64,000 bases of DNA, from NCBI GenBank assembly GCA_050575255.1, contig JBNZDD010013625.1, positions 2,909,362 to 2,973,361 of the forward strand, given 5' to 3'. Origin of the DNA: Harriotta raleighana. Lineage: Eukaryota. Below, piece after piece: positions 12,511-26,512 of this stretch (the first letter of the stretch is position 1; the number at the start of each line of letters is the position of its first letter). The position numbers and the translations under genes are program-made. The notes below the pieces were generated by a model. That model made no database searches. It had not been told where the DNA came from and worked only from the letters and a program-made list of their open reading frames with translations.

Positions 12511-13533
12511 TTAATGATCTATGTAAAGGCAATGACTGTAATCTTTTCAAAAACACAGAGCGTGCTGGAGGGGGAAGAGATCATCGAATGAATAACATTT
12601 GCTGAAATATTCCTATAGAACAAATACAGCTTTGTACCCTTTGATGCACCGGGAGGAATGAATAGAAAGGAAACCAGCGAGATTGTTTTGAACCCTGGAT
12701 ATTCCATTGGTCAGCGTAGGTCAGCTGCAGTGTTTCTGAACACCCCCTGGGGGTATCTGAAGAAATGACAGGTTATTTTCAACAGAAACAGCAATTTGGC
12801 AACAGGAGCCAACGGTAAACAGAGCTCTCGATTAACAAGGCCTCTGAATGTAGCCAGCGTTGGTGATTAAAGGGGATGGAAATTCAAAAGAATTGACTTG
12901 GTCTTTCAAAGCCTGCAGTAAAACTGCCTGAAATACAATTGGAAACATTCACATAACACCTATCATTTTGTAATCCCATTTCTCTGGGCTGCATCTTGGT
13001 TTCCTGTTTTGCCCAGCAGTGATGACATACATACTTGCTAGGAACTGGGTTGATAAAGTCACATTAGCTGCTAGTCTAATGCTCTGCTAATCTTCTCTCA
13101 GCAATGTCAAACGCAAATGGTTCTGCTGCAAATAATCCTACACCCTAGGGAGTCCTTGCTGTAAAATCTTTTCCCTTTCACATGTGTAATCTATTTGAGG
13201 TACAATGTCACATATTCCTTTTCTGCAAGACCGGGACCTTGCACTTTCAGCAGCAGCATTTGGGATCCCCAAGGATGCTGTGTTCAGACAAAACAAATGT
13301 GCTTAGATCTTATGTTGAGCTTCATATAATTGTGTTACATCAAATGCTAGGATTGTATTCAAGTCAGAGGCTCGTATCACTGTGAAGACACAGCCACACA
13401 AACATTAACTGTGGTGGTTCAAAAGGCCCTTCATCCATTTTTGTCTCATCCTTCCAAAATTCGCATTGCAATATTGAGCTATTTCTTAAATGAACACCTG
13501 GCTGCTAAGACCTTTCCGGTAACCTGTTGTACT

Positions 13534-13848
13534 GGAGTCCTGCAGCTCAGTGGTTAGAGTACGTAGCTCGCAAGCGAGAGACCTGGGTTCTATTTCACCT
13601 GGGTGAAACCTTTGACAAGTTTCCTTATTCCACTTGTTTGATAATAATCCCTTGAGAAAAAACTAAAAACAATAATAAATTTGTCACTTCAATCCATAGC
13701 TGTTTGTGGGACGTTGCTGTGAGCAATTGACTGACACTTTTTGCACGCAAATATACAGTCAATTCACTTCCAGTGTATTCTGTGAAGCTCTTTGAGAGCT
13801 CTAGAAGATTTGAAGAGCGCTATTTCCAAAGCAAGGATTATTATTATA
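13534..13848 (+). mobile_element. tRNA-derived SINE, full length
   Basis: GGAGTCCTGCAGCTCAGTGGTTAGAG head, core and tail. Confidence 0.85.
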
Positions 13849-13854
13849 TGTATA

Positions 13855-14350
13855 TAAGAAATGCTAGACGAACAAAGACCAAGTTCCATCTAGTTCGCCT
13901 TCCACCTTCCTGGCAGTCGCAAGCACATTTGTCCCAAACTACCCATATACTTTATCCCATAATGTTATTTTCTGAAAGAAAACTATCTAATCTGTGTTTG
14001 AAAGAATCAACACTTAAAATGCATCAACCTAGGGAGCGTGTTCCACAGATTCACTATTCACTCACTGAAATAGTGTTTGCATAGATTTGTTCTCAGTTTA
14101 CCCCTCTTCAATCGTAGGCTGTGTCCTCTCGTTTGACTATTCTGAACAAGTTGAAGCAGCCTGCCATGATCTGTCTATCCACTTTAGAATCTTAAAACAG
14201 CAATCAAATCGCCTCTCCAAATCTTTTCTTTTCCAACGTGAACATGCCCAATTTACTCAGTCGCTGTTCGTAGTCCAGTCCTTCCATTCCCTCAATCATT
14301 TTGGTTACCCTCCTCTGTATCTTCTCGATTTCCCCAATATCCTTCCATGT
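13855..14350 (-). mobile_element. Decayed CR1-type LINE 3' fragment
   Basis: Resembles the reverse complement of a CR1 ORF2 end; heavily mutated. Confidence 0.5.
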
Positions 14351-14499
14351 ATTGCAATATCCTTTTCGTAGCTACTGATTTCACAGTGTTTACAAGTACT
14401 CCCTGGTGTCTAAACAAGGGCTTCAACACCGCAGAACATTCAAAATGTTCATGTGCACAGTTTATCCGAGATAGTGGAGTGTCGATTGTGGTATTTCTT

Positions 14500-14685
14500 A
14501 ATCTGACAGTCCAGTATCGAGCTCACAGTCCAATGCTAGTGATGTTTCACATTGTCAGAGATGCCATCTTTCAGATGAGACATTTAACCAAGCATCTGTC
14601 TCCCTGTTGAGGTGGACATTAAAGATCCTATGGGCTGCATTTTGAAAAGAGAAGAGAGTTTCTCTTTGTGTCCTGGTCAATAACG
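14500..14685 (+). mobile_element. Old Deu-domain SINE remnant (SacSINE1/AmnSINE1-like)
   Basis: GATGCCATCTTTCAGATGAGACATTTAACC...GTGGACATTAAAGATCCTATGG...GTGTCCTGGTCAA resembles the recalled Deu-domain consensus. Confidence 0.7.
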
Positions 14686-16142
14686 CTCAATATTAAATGA
14701 CAATGTTGCATCAGTATAAAGGAGAGCCCATACACAGCTCAGCTTCTAAACTAGTGGGCAGTTTAACAGCAGGAATTAATGTTTACTTTATGGTACCTAT
14801 AAAACCCTGAATGCAATTAATATTTGATTGTGTGTATTAAATGGCACATCCCCCACACACAAACGTTTAACCTTTTATAAATAATGGAGGCACTTTAGGT
14901 ACAGTAATTTCTTATTGCAATGATGTTATCCGTATTTCAGTGATAACGCAGCAATTAGAATTGCAGAAGCTGTAACACAGGCATGGCACTTTATTGTAGG
15001 CATAATATAAAAAGGATTTAACATAATAAGGGAAACATTTAAGCCCGATACATCGGCACAGAATTGTTCTCGAAGCAGCTGAGTTGGGTGACATTTAGAA
15101 ACTCACCAGCAAAATACCAGCGAAGGTCACAAACAGACAGACAACAGACCCGGCTTTTGTGTATGTTGATGAAAACCTGTGATATAAAGCGAAGAAGCAA
15201 AAACAGATCGCACTTAATATTCGGCCGTCCAACAACATTGCCGATTGAAATCTGCTTGTTGTTACTGATGCCTCGATACACAGGATTGCTGTAGATCATT
15301 GGTTAAAGCATTCGCCTTACAAGAGTGAGACCTGTGTTTCGAATCCAGGCAGGTAAGGCGAAACCTTGGGCAAGTTTCCTTACTCCACAGACCTAATAAT
15401 AATCCCTCCCAAAAAACCTAATAATAAAATTGATCATTTCAATCCACGACTGTTTTGGGACACTGCTGTGTGCAATTGGCTGCCGCGTTTCGCAGACAGT
15501 TTCATATAGCAGTTTCCCATGAATAGTTGTGGATTGACGATCCAAATCATTATTATTCATTTTTTAAGAGATTATTATCCCTGGAAAGTGATCCACCAAT
15601 CGACTAACAACTGAGTTCCTACCTACTGCTAGGTAAACAGTGGTGGGTGGAATAAGGAAACTTGCCGAGCATTTTGTCTATCTTAAGAATTTGCCCTGCC
15701 TGGGAATAGAACCCAGGTTGTCTTGCTTCTGAGGTGAGGACCCTTATCAACACCATATAGGACTCCAAGAAGAACCCTTAGTTGATCTTGGAGTAAGTAT
15801 TTTCCTTTAACTTGCAAAGCTAGCTATGCATGATATTTAACTAAGTCTCTTCATCTCATAGAAATGTTTTCAGCATGATATTTTTCCAAGTAAAATTGAG
15901 TTGTTTGAGAAACAGCTTACTGTAGTGGGAAGATGGGAGGATGGGTGTTCTGGAAGAACAAGATCAAAGGGAAGTTCTCAATTGTTAGTAATAATAATCC
16001 GAATCTGTAAAAATCCTTGCGTTTGGAATAGTGCTTTCACATTGGGAGGTTGTCTCAAAACATTATACAGGATTTATTGTGAAGTGGAGTAGTTGTGTAT
16101 TTGAAGGCAAAAGCAGCAGCCCAATCGCACACAGCAACAACA

Positions 16143-16496
16143 ATAATAATAATAATTCTTGCCTTCATATCTTCGAGACGTCTCCAGGTGCTTCACAGAA
16201 TATACTTTAAAGTGAATTGACTGTATATTTTGCGAACGAAATGTGGCAGCCAATTGGGCACATCAATGTCCCACAAACAGTTGTGGATTGAGTGACCAAA
16301 TAATTTTTTGGAAGGAATTATTACCCCAGGAAAAGTGATCCCCCAATCACTTAACAACTGGTTCCCTACTTACTGCTAGGTAAACAGGGATGTGGTGGAG
16401 TAAGGAAACTTACCCAACATTTCGCCCTGCCGGGAATCAAACTCAGGTCATCTTGTTTGTGAGGCGAGAGCTCTAACCACTAAGCTCCAGGATTCC
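16143..16496 (-). mobile_element. tRNA-derived SINE, long form with extra internal segment
   Basis: Extra ~65-nt block (GAAAAGTGATCCCCCAATC...CCTACTTACTGCTAGGTAAACAG) also seen near 15580, 32005 and 34680. Confidence 0.85.
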
Positions 16497-17010
16497 ACAG
16501 GTCCCACAAACAGCCATGAAACAAATGATCAATTTTACTTGGGGGATTGTTGGCCATCAGTTGTAACTCTCTTCTGTTTATGAGTAGTACTATGGGACCT
16601 CGGACTAACTTCTCATCTGAAGATTGGCGCCTACAACAACGCAACATTCTGAGCATTAGAGTGTCAGCCTAGACTATGTGAGTTCCAAGTCCTGACATGG
16701 GGCTTGAACCCACAACCTCTGACACAAGAAGCGAGAGAGCTATCAACTGAGCCAGGTTAACACGCTTAAAAAGTCAGGGGATTATTTTGCCCACAAATAC
16801 ACAATCAATTCACTTTATAGGATATTCTACGAAGATTTTGAGATGTCTAGAAGATGGGAAAAGTGCTGCATCAAATACACACAATTTATTATACGCAGTG
16901 AGAGAGATTTGGAGATCGATGGTTACGTTATCCCATAGCGTGATTCCACCAAGTACTGATTGCAGGTCCCTACGCAACATAATGATTGATTCCCTTCTTG
17001 TGATTAACAG

Positions 17011-17154
17011 GCCTATTGGTGCGAGAGGTGAGCATCGAGATCTCCAGACAGCAAGTGGAAGAGCTCTTCGGGCCAGAGGACTACTGGTGTCAGTGTGTCG
17101 CTTGGAGCTCTGCTGGGACCACAAAGAGTCACAAGTCTTACGTTCGAATTGCAT
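17011..17154 (+). CDS. UNC5C: UNC5C exon 3 (Ig1 second half)
   Basis: ttaacag|GCCTA...GCAT|gtgagt; 144 nt; [47 protein letters not shown]; frame continuous with exon 2. Confidence 0.97.
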
Positions 17155-18715
17155 GTGAGTATCAAAAGAAATCGATTTGCACCTATTTCTCAGTAAGTAG
17201 GGTCTTCCCAGGGAGGCTGTTGTTAGTAGATGTACTGAACTTTTGTTGGATCTGTATAGTGGAAGAGTCTGCTTGGTGTCTCCTATCGACAGCCAAAGTC
17301 AGTGATTCAGACTGACCATACCTTAACCATACAATGCGACTAGGGTGACACTCCTGTTATCATGGCAGATAGACACTTCATTGATGGATGCAACATATAC
17401 TGTGCACCTAAATCTTATAACATACTTAACGTGGACAATCACAGACCATCATAGCACAGAGACCCAATTTATCCCTCCATCTCCTGCTCCTCTCACCACT
17501 CCCCTAGCCTGGTGACTGATAGGCAAATAGTTGCAGTCACTTTCCCAAGTCATGTAGGCAACTCTTGAAAGACTCATTACTGTGTCAGTTTGCATTTACC
17601 CAACTGGTGAAGGGGTTGGATGCTGAGCACGAGAGAAGGGGAGAGAAGGTTGCCATAGCTTTGGTCGAAGAGGTATATCTCCTGGTGGGAATTACAGAGA
17701 GATATAAAGTGGCTGAAGGCATGGGTACTGATGGTGCTACACAGCTGAGCAAAGGGACAAGTGTGAGTATGAGAATGGGGTATGAGCAGGCCAGAGATTG
17801 CACCAGATTGTATTCTGGGAGCAGAATTGTGACTATTCGATGAGAAATGTCATGCTGAATGTCAGAATTGTTACTCACAAGATCATCTCTCGTGAAAAGT
17901 ATCCACTGGCAATACAAACTAGTGTTCAGCTACTGACAATTCATAGCTTTGGGAGTGAATCTACTGCCCTTACCCAGGTTTGCAAATCTACCAACAGTTT
18001 GGATCCCAACTTTTGGCCTGTTAATAATAATGAGAAGAATCCTTGCCATTGATATAGCCCCTTATTAAGTCGTTGAGACGTCTCAAAGCACTTCATAGAA
18101 TATATTGGAAAATGGATTGGCTGTGCATTTGTGGATGAAATTTAGCAATTGCACACAGCAATTATAACTAATTATTATAATTAATGACAATAATTAGTGA
18201 ACGTGGAACATTGTTTTAAGCCATAATGCCAAACAATATTCATTTTGAATTACAACTTTCAAATTGTCTTTAAAAACTATACTTTTCACGAAAGATGTTC
18301 CTGTTTAATTAGAAAAAAAATGCAACGTCTAGTCTAATATAGCTCTGAATATTCTTCCACTTCTCCTCCGCCCCCAATACCCACCTTTCTGTCAGAACAA
18401 GTCATATATTGGAATGAATATAGCATATACCTGAGACTGGAGCTGGAAAAGGAATTTATCTTTATGACAGTAATACTACTTTGTTCTGTGCATCTGGTTT
18501 GCATCCAATTTCTCCCTGGCACTATCTTTTTAGCCTATTCATTACTCTATGTTCCCATAGCTCTGCCTTTAAGGCTGCCTCTCAACAGATCTTTCATGTA
18601 CTACACAGGATATTCCTGAGGTTGTGGCTGAACTGTCTGTGAAACCTGATTCATATCATCTGAATGAAGCTTGCTGGCAAGGCCATCATCTGCAACTGTA
18701 CCAGTTAATGTCAGC

Positions 18716-19142
18716 AACAACAACAACAACAAAATTACACTTATAGAGCGCGTTTCACGTCAGGAGGACGTCCCAAGGCGCTGGACGGATTGGTTCAGGA
18801 CCCGAGCAAGGGAAAATGTTCAGGGCGAGGGGGAGGAAGGGTGGGAGCAAGGAGGGGGTAGAGACTCGAGAGGGGCGTTGAAGGCACGGTCGAAGAGAAA
18901 GGTCTTGAGACCGGCCTTGAAAGAGGAAAGGGAGGAAGCGAGGCGAAGGCACAGGGGGATGGAGTTCCATAGCCTGTGGGGCTGAGCGGCTGAAAGCCCG
19001 GCCACCGATGGTAGGACGGTTAGGGCAGGGGATGTGGAGCAGACCAGTGCCAGAGGAACGGAGGGTACGGGCAGGTAGATAGGGAGATAGGAGGTCAGAG
19101 AGGTAGGAGGGAGCAAGGCCGTGAATGGCCTTGTAGGTGAGG
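18716..19142 (-). mobile_element. Young L2 LINE 3' fragment
   Basis: LTYKAIHGLAPSYLSDLLSPYLPARTLRSSGTGLLHIP and LWNSIP...LSSFKAGLKTFLFDRAF; intact tail and (GTT)n; CpG-rich. Confidence 0.9.
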
Positions 19143-21728
19143 AATGTCCAAAGGCAGAGGAAAGGTTCAACTAATGTTTTGACTTGAGTAAGCAATCCAA
19201 CAGCACTCGTCTGATTGACAAGCCTTTAGGAAGACTAAAAGAGCGTTGTGCTGTACCTAAAATAATCTGACATCCAGAACTAGGCAGAACAAACAGTGAC
19301 ACGTTCTATTGGATTTTTTTTTAAAAAGTAACTGTAATTATTTTGTAATTTCAATTGTATCAATCTGATCTTTTTCCTTAGGTTGCCAGTGCTCTAATTT
19401 TTGATTTGGACATCCGCATAACTCGGGGCTGCCACGACAGCATAGGTTTTGCAATGCTGTAACCTGTATTTTTTATGCGTGCGTGTGTGAGTGCATGTAA
19501 AAAATAAAAATGAGTTATAAAATTCTTTAAAATGATTAGCTGAAAAATCAGCTGCCAGCAGGAACATGTTGAAGGAGACATCCTCCAAGCACAAACAACA
19601 ACAACAACAACCACATTACATTTATAGAGCATCTTTCACGTCAGGAGGACGTCCCAAGGCGCTGAAAGCACAAAGCACAAAAGAAAGAAGTTGTTTTGGA
19701 ACAGGGAAGAGAACCATCTTCCATCACAGCGACATCACATCTTATCTCTTTGTTGGGAAATTCACATGCATGAGTTTCATTTATTTAATGGAGGACTTTA
19801 GTTAAGGGGAACTGGGGAGGTGGGAGTATAAACACCAGCATGGACTAGACTATTCATCCATAGCTTCGCATAGTGAGTGTCACATTCTCTCTGAAATAGT
19901 TCCTCCTAAATTATCTTTCAAATCCCCCTACCCCCAATCTTACACTTGCGCCTCCTGGTTGTGGGTTTCCCAATAAGGTTATGGCAAAGAGCATCCCAGC
20001 TGTAAAGAAAGAAAAGGAAACCATTGAGGTAGTGAGTTCTAGACTCAAGAGGGATAGTGGTTGAAGCCATGATCACTGATGGTGGTATGGAGGGGTCGGG
20101 GAATGCACAGCAGCCTGTGTCAGCTGAGTGAAGAGCTTGTGATTTCTAGTTAAAGAGCATATAACATTCAACAGTCCAGCTCTGAGAGGAATGTGTTTTT
20201 TTCTGCAAGTACTATTTACATGTTTCTTGTTGGGTCAGTGGGAACCCCTTCTACTTGTAACCAGAGGTCAGAAAAATCGCAGAGCCACTGAAATAAATGA
20301 CTCAAATTCTCACATCTGTGCTTACGGCGTTTGGAAGTAGGGTTAAAAATTTGGGTGTTCACAAACAAGCGCATTTGGTCACTGGTGTTTTCCTTTCTCT
20401 ATCTTTTATCAGAATTTTGGGGCTCTTATTTATCCACCCAAAAAAAGTGCCTGAAAGCAAAACAATGCTTTTGGGGGTTTGCAGATATTCAACCCTGGAG
20501 TAATCCTAGCTTTGAAGTCCATGCATTCCCCTTACACTCTATGACTGGCCTACTGCTTGAATCCTTCCAGTTCACCACTGTTGACCAGTTCAAAGCTGGG
20601 CACATTAAAGTAATACACAAATTGTTTTGCTTCATGTGTGCACTGATCTAACATGACATTAATAATACAAGTGTTTTTTTGGCTGCCTAACAGAATAAAC
20701 AGGGACAGCTTCACTGCATGCTGCTGTGTACATTGCCGAGGCTAAGCTTTAACAATGATAATAATCCTTGCATTTGATATAGCACCTTATCGCTACATTG
20801 ATTTTTGTCTCAAAGAGTTTCATGGAGTGTATCACAAAGTGATTTGACGATGGATGGGCGATGGGCATAAAGTGACAGCCAATTGCACACAGCTATAGCC
20901 CACAAACAGTTATGGAGTGAGTGAACAGTTTTTTGGCCAAAAGCATGGTCAAACATCTACATTTGGAAACATGCCTTGAAAGAGTGGAGGAAGGGACTCT
21001 GGAAAGGATCCAGAGAGTGGGGGATACAATGACTGAAGGACTGCCCAATAGTGTTGTGGATGGGGCAGAAGACATGAAGCAGGCCAATGCTCACTGAGTC
21101 AAGGTAGTGGCCCTGGGTAGGGTTGAAGGTGGTTGGAGAGATAAGAGTGGAATGAGGGATTTAATGAAAATAAGGATCTAGAACTCAATCCACAAGGATT
21201 GGGAGCTAGTGGAGCTAGTGGAGCAGAGGGAAGAGTCAGTGATAGGCTCATGGAGGCCCGTGCAGGAAAGTACATAGATCAGGTCTAGCAGGATAGCTAT
21301 AGATCATCTGCAGCTTGGAAGAGCTGCGGAGTCCAGTAAGAGTAACATTGGTGTGGTGATGTGTGTACATGATAAAGGCTTGGATCTGGGTAGCAGAGAG
21401 GGGAGAGGTAGGGGTGAAGGCAAGCAATGTTTTGGAGGCAGGGAACAGCTGAGTGGGTGAGAGCATGGTGTAGTTGCCTCCAAGGTCAGAGTTGACTCTC
21501 TCAGTCAATGGATCAGGGTGTTCAGAGCTCTCTTCAACCTTAATGACAGGGGAGGGTAGGCTCCTATTTGTAGCAAATCTTGCACACCAGTTGGGACATA
21601 TACCTGATGTAAAAGATAGTAGTAATAATAATAATCCTTGTATTTGATATACTGCCTTATCATGTCTTTGAGGCCTCTCAAAGCGCTTCACAGGCTATAC
21701 TTTTGTGAATTGACAGTATATTTTATGA

Positions 21729-22268
<540 letters not shown>

Positions 22269-22930
22269 TGATTAATGGGTTGTAATAAAATGGTTATTGG
22301 TTGCTTTTTCGTCAAAGGAGATCGATTGCGAAAGATGAATGGTCTTGCATCCAGTTAAAACCTGCTGCTGAGGTTTCCTCACGACCACCAGATTTCTCTC
22401 ATCTAACAAATCTTAACGGCTGGTTCCAAGCTTTGTTTTAGCAGGGGCGACTGAAGGCAGTGCCAGCAGCACTTCCGCTAAACTGCTCGCGAATCAATGG
22501 CCGATAATGGTAGGCTTACCCCCCAGTATCATTAAAGCATTAGGAGGTAATGCAGAAGTCACCCTGACAAGTGCCAATTGATTAGGATTAGGAAATTGTA
22601 AAGTCCAATCCAGAGTTTGAATGCAACAAAGCCATTAGCAAAGAGTGTCCAACAACCCTCTGGAGACTTACACACATGCCCATTACCAGCCCTCAAGGAA
22701 TCAAATGCATTTACACTGTATCCCCTCAAGACGACCAAAAATTGGACGCAAAATAGCCTTTCATTAGACTATTGTGGCTGCAATCCCTGTGCACCCATTA
22801 TACATACACCCAAGGTCACAAATAAGTGCTGAGCTGACCTTACAATTTTCTTAACTCTGTACAAGAACAGAGATTTGGGCAATTGTACAAAAAGGATGTC
22901 AATTCTTTGACTGTTGAAATCTTGGAAATA

Positions 22931-23574
22931 CAGTAAAACCCCGTTTATCCGGCACCCATGGGATCTGGCCAGTGGTGGTTAAACCGTTTTCTGTTTGAAT
23001 GGTTTTTTTTAAAAATAATGTTTTAAAAAAAATTTAATGAAAACTTATTTTAACACATACCATATTAATAATAGGCTATATAATAACAGATAATAACAAT
23101 ATTGTATGGGTATTATTATAAATGTTGTACTATACACTGTACATATAAATAATAGAGTAAATACAGTAATGATAGATATTGTAATAAGAATAGAATATTG
23201 TATGGCTATTTAATTATATGTTAAACAATACCATATAAATAATAGACTAAATACACTAATAACAGATACTATAATAACAGAATATTGTATTAGTACTTTA
23301 TTATTTATACTTAACTTCGCAGCTATGAGAGGAAAACAAAACAGTAAAATGGCAATTAAAAAAAAAGTCAATATCACGACATTTAAAAGGATTAGGAGCG
23401 AGTTTAGACTTGACTACGGCCAGCCAGTACTCGCATGCAACAATCGATTCATTAAATGCGTCATCCCTATTTTTCCGGATAATTTCCGGTTTATTGAATC
23501 AGAACTTTTTTCTCGAGGTTCTGGTTCAACGGGTTTTCCGGTTCATCGAGTCACGGATAAACGGTGTTTTACTG
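22931..23574. mobile_element. Tigger/pogo-like MITE (Tc1/mariner superfamily)
   Basis: TA|CAGTAAAACCCCGTTTATCCG ... CGGATAAACGGTGTTTTACTG|TA; 21-bp TIRs with one mismatch, TA target duplication, AT-rich interior, no transposase. Confidence 0.9.
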
Positions 23575-23659
23575 TACATCTAGACAATGCTGGATATTAG
23601 TGGTTACAAACTAAAGCAGTAAATATGCTTTTATTACTGTCAGTCTGTCCTATCAGCAG

Positions 23660-24190
23660 AGACATGGAGGAATTGGACCTATTTTAACTGACAGAAAAAG
23701 AAGAGACGTGACCTAACAAAGGTCATTTAAAATGATCAAGAGTTTTGATAGAGTCATTAGGGAGAAATTATTTCTACTGGTCAGTGAGTTATGGACTAGA
23801 GAACATCAATGTAAGATAGCAAGAAAACAGAAAATTTAGGGTGGAATTATATTATGCCAAAGGTTGTTAGAATGTCCTGATAGGAGTGGTGGTCAAAGTT
23901 GGATCCATGTTAGCTTGAAAGAGGTAACTAGATAGACATTTAATAGGGAATGCATTGCCCACAAATTAGACAATCAATTCCACTTACAGTAATATTCTGT
24001 GAAGCATTTTGAGATACTTCCATGACGTGATGAGGTGCTATATCAAGTGGAAGGATTATTACTATTATTATTACTGATTCACAGGGGGAAGACAAATGAA
24101 TGGGATTGAATGGATTGTTCCTTCAAAGAGCCAGCACAGACACAATGGGCCAAATTATTTTCTTTAGAACTGAAAATATCTATGTTGCTC
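23660..24190 (+). mobile_element. Decayed CR1 LINE 3' fragment interrupted by a SINE tail
   Basis: Similar to 28100-28586; SINE tail at ~23955-24075. Confidence 0.55.
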
Positions 24191-25964
24191 TGATCTAATA
24201 TCCTATTGGGATAGTCTTACTGTAACAGCTTGTATTGAAGTGAACTGGAGTTTTGGAAAGGGGCTGTTTGTAATATGATGTTCTGTTATATAATAAAACA
24301 TATCTTTGGATCGTAACACTTTATCACATTATTGAAATGTCACAAAAATGCTTCACAGGATTCTTACTTATTCTGCGAAGTGTAGTGTCTATGTATTTGT
24401 GGGTAAGTGTCCAAAACACTCCTTTTCGCTGGATTGATTTGATGTTGGGGTCTAAATTCTGGGCTACAATGTACCCCCATTGGAACCCATCACCATGTTT
24501 AAAAATATCTAGCCAAACAGAGTTCCATGCAAAAATGTATGAAATTTCCACATGTGTAGATGGGATGGATAGAACTCTGTCTGGAAATGGAAAAAATTAA
24601 TCTCCTCAAATTCTATTGGAGTAACTATTGACATCCCCCATGTATATTCAGTAATTCCTGTGTATATTCGTTAATCTGATAGCGGACTTCTGCTAAAGAT
24701 TCCAGAGGAGTAGAGTGATCTCAGCAAACCTGTAACAAAGGGTTGGAGCAATGGAGCAATGGTATATAGGACTGTTGATGCATTCGCTGGTTGAGTGTCA
24801 GAAGTTTAGGTCAAGCATTAAGATGGCAGATTGCGTTGCCTCAACATAAGCATCACTTTTTGTTTTGAAAAATATGCAAAAGAAGCTTTCCTGTGTCAAT
24901 TATTAAACTTGATCTGCCATTAACATGTAATAAATATTGAAATTTGCATCCAACCCTAAATCTATCAACCTTTGGTGCATACGTTCTGTATGTGCTCCAC
25001 AAGCATATATTACTAAAATATGAAGACCATTATCTTTTTCCTATTGAATGAACAAATGGTATTTATTCATCTCCCAGTTCATTAAGTGTTCATGGATATG
25101 GAATGCAAAAATGAACAGAATTTTGAATTATTAATAATTTAGAATGTCAGTTTATCTGTGTACTGTATTTTCTTTGCACCTATGGGAACCGTTCTACTGC
25201 AGTGAATTGCCAGATGATTCCTAGTCGAAAATACACCTGGGAATGTTTACACTTAAGCCTTGAAGATAATCCAGACAATTTTGCTGTGTATTGCTGGCAG
25301 TCGCTGTCTCACACAGTGCGTCAATTTAGTGCACCTAAAGAGATGGCTGCCACATGTTTTCATGTACAGGGTTTCATTTTGAGAAATGAATGTTAAATAT
25401 CTGTCAGTCAAATTTACCCAAATGGGCAAGTGCGAGGCAACTCTGTTCCAACTCGATAATCAAGCCTGTTAAGCTGGTGTTATGGTCACTAGTATTACTG
25501 TACTTCCTTCACAAAGTGACATCAACGGTGCTTCCTGTGTGGATGCATAGTACACAGGAAGCGAAATCTTTGACAATCTGACGATTTGGAAGGTGGCACT
25601 TTCTAGTGCAGAAAGCCAGTCAGTAGACTTGAATGATCAGTGAGCCCGAGCTCTGCCAGGTCTCTTTGTAATGAGGTCACCTCATATTATACTCTACAAT
25701 GCAGATCAAAAATAGATCTCTGGCTAAAGGTTTGGAAGTTGAAGAAGATGTGGGGCGCAAACTATTTCTGCCTCTCGAATGCAGTGCATCCTTCAAATTT
25801 AAACAAAAGAGTAACTGAGCAAAGCAGTTTCTTCTTAACTGTCAGGGGTTTGCCATATATATCTTGTCTGAATCTCAGTCTGAATGATGGCATATAGATA
25901 TCTAGGAATTGGATGCATCTTCCCTTCACAAATTGACTCAGTCAGTCACCTATCCATCATTCTT

Positions 25965-26512
25965 ATCCCCCTTTCTCCCCATTTCACCCTGATTTTGCCC
26001 TCCACCCACCCTTCCCTCCCTCTTCTACCTTCCTCCCCTTTCTCCCCATTTCCTCCCTGATTTTCCCCTTGCCCCCCTTTCTTCCCCCTTTTCCTCCCTA
26101 ATTTTACCCCATCCCACCTTTGCCTCCATCTCCCCCGTTACCCTCTTTTCCCCCTTTCTCCCCCGGCCCCACTTCCGCGACTGTTTGTGGGACACTGCTG
26201 TGCGCAATTTGGGTGCCGTGTTTTGCTCACAAATATACAGTTGTTTTTTCCTGTTCTCTTTCCCCCTACCCAGACCCCTCCCCTTGCCATCTTTCCCCCC
26301 TTTCTACCCTAACCCCACTTCCATGACTGTTTGTGGGACACTGCTATGCGCAATTTGGCTGCCATGTTTTCGCCCAGAAATATACAGTCAATTTTTCTTA
26401 CTATCCTTCTCCCGACCTCTTCCCCCACCACTCTGATCCCTACTTGACTGTACAGTGACTTGGGATGTCGTCCCGATATGAAAGGCACTATATAAATGTA
26501 ATTTTGATTGAC
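25965..26512 (+). mobile_element. Composite tandem-core retroposon, copy C
   Basis: Pyrimidine spacer, core (~26175-26240), spacer, core (~26320-26390), spacer, L2 tail. Confidence 0.8.
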
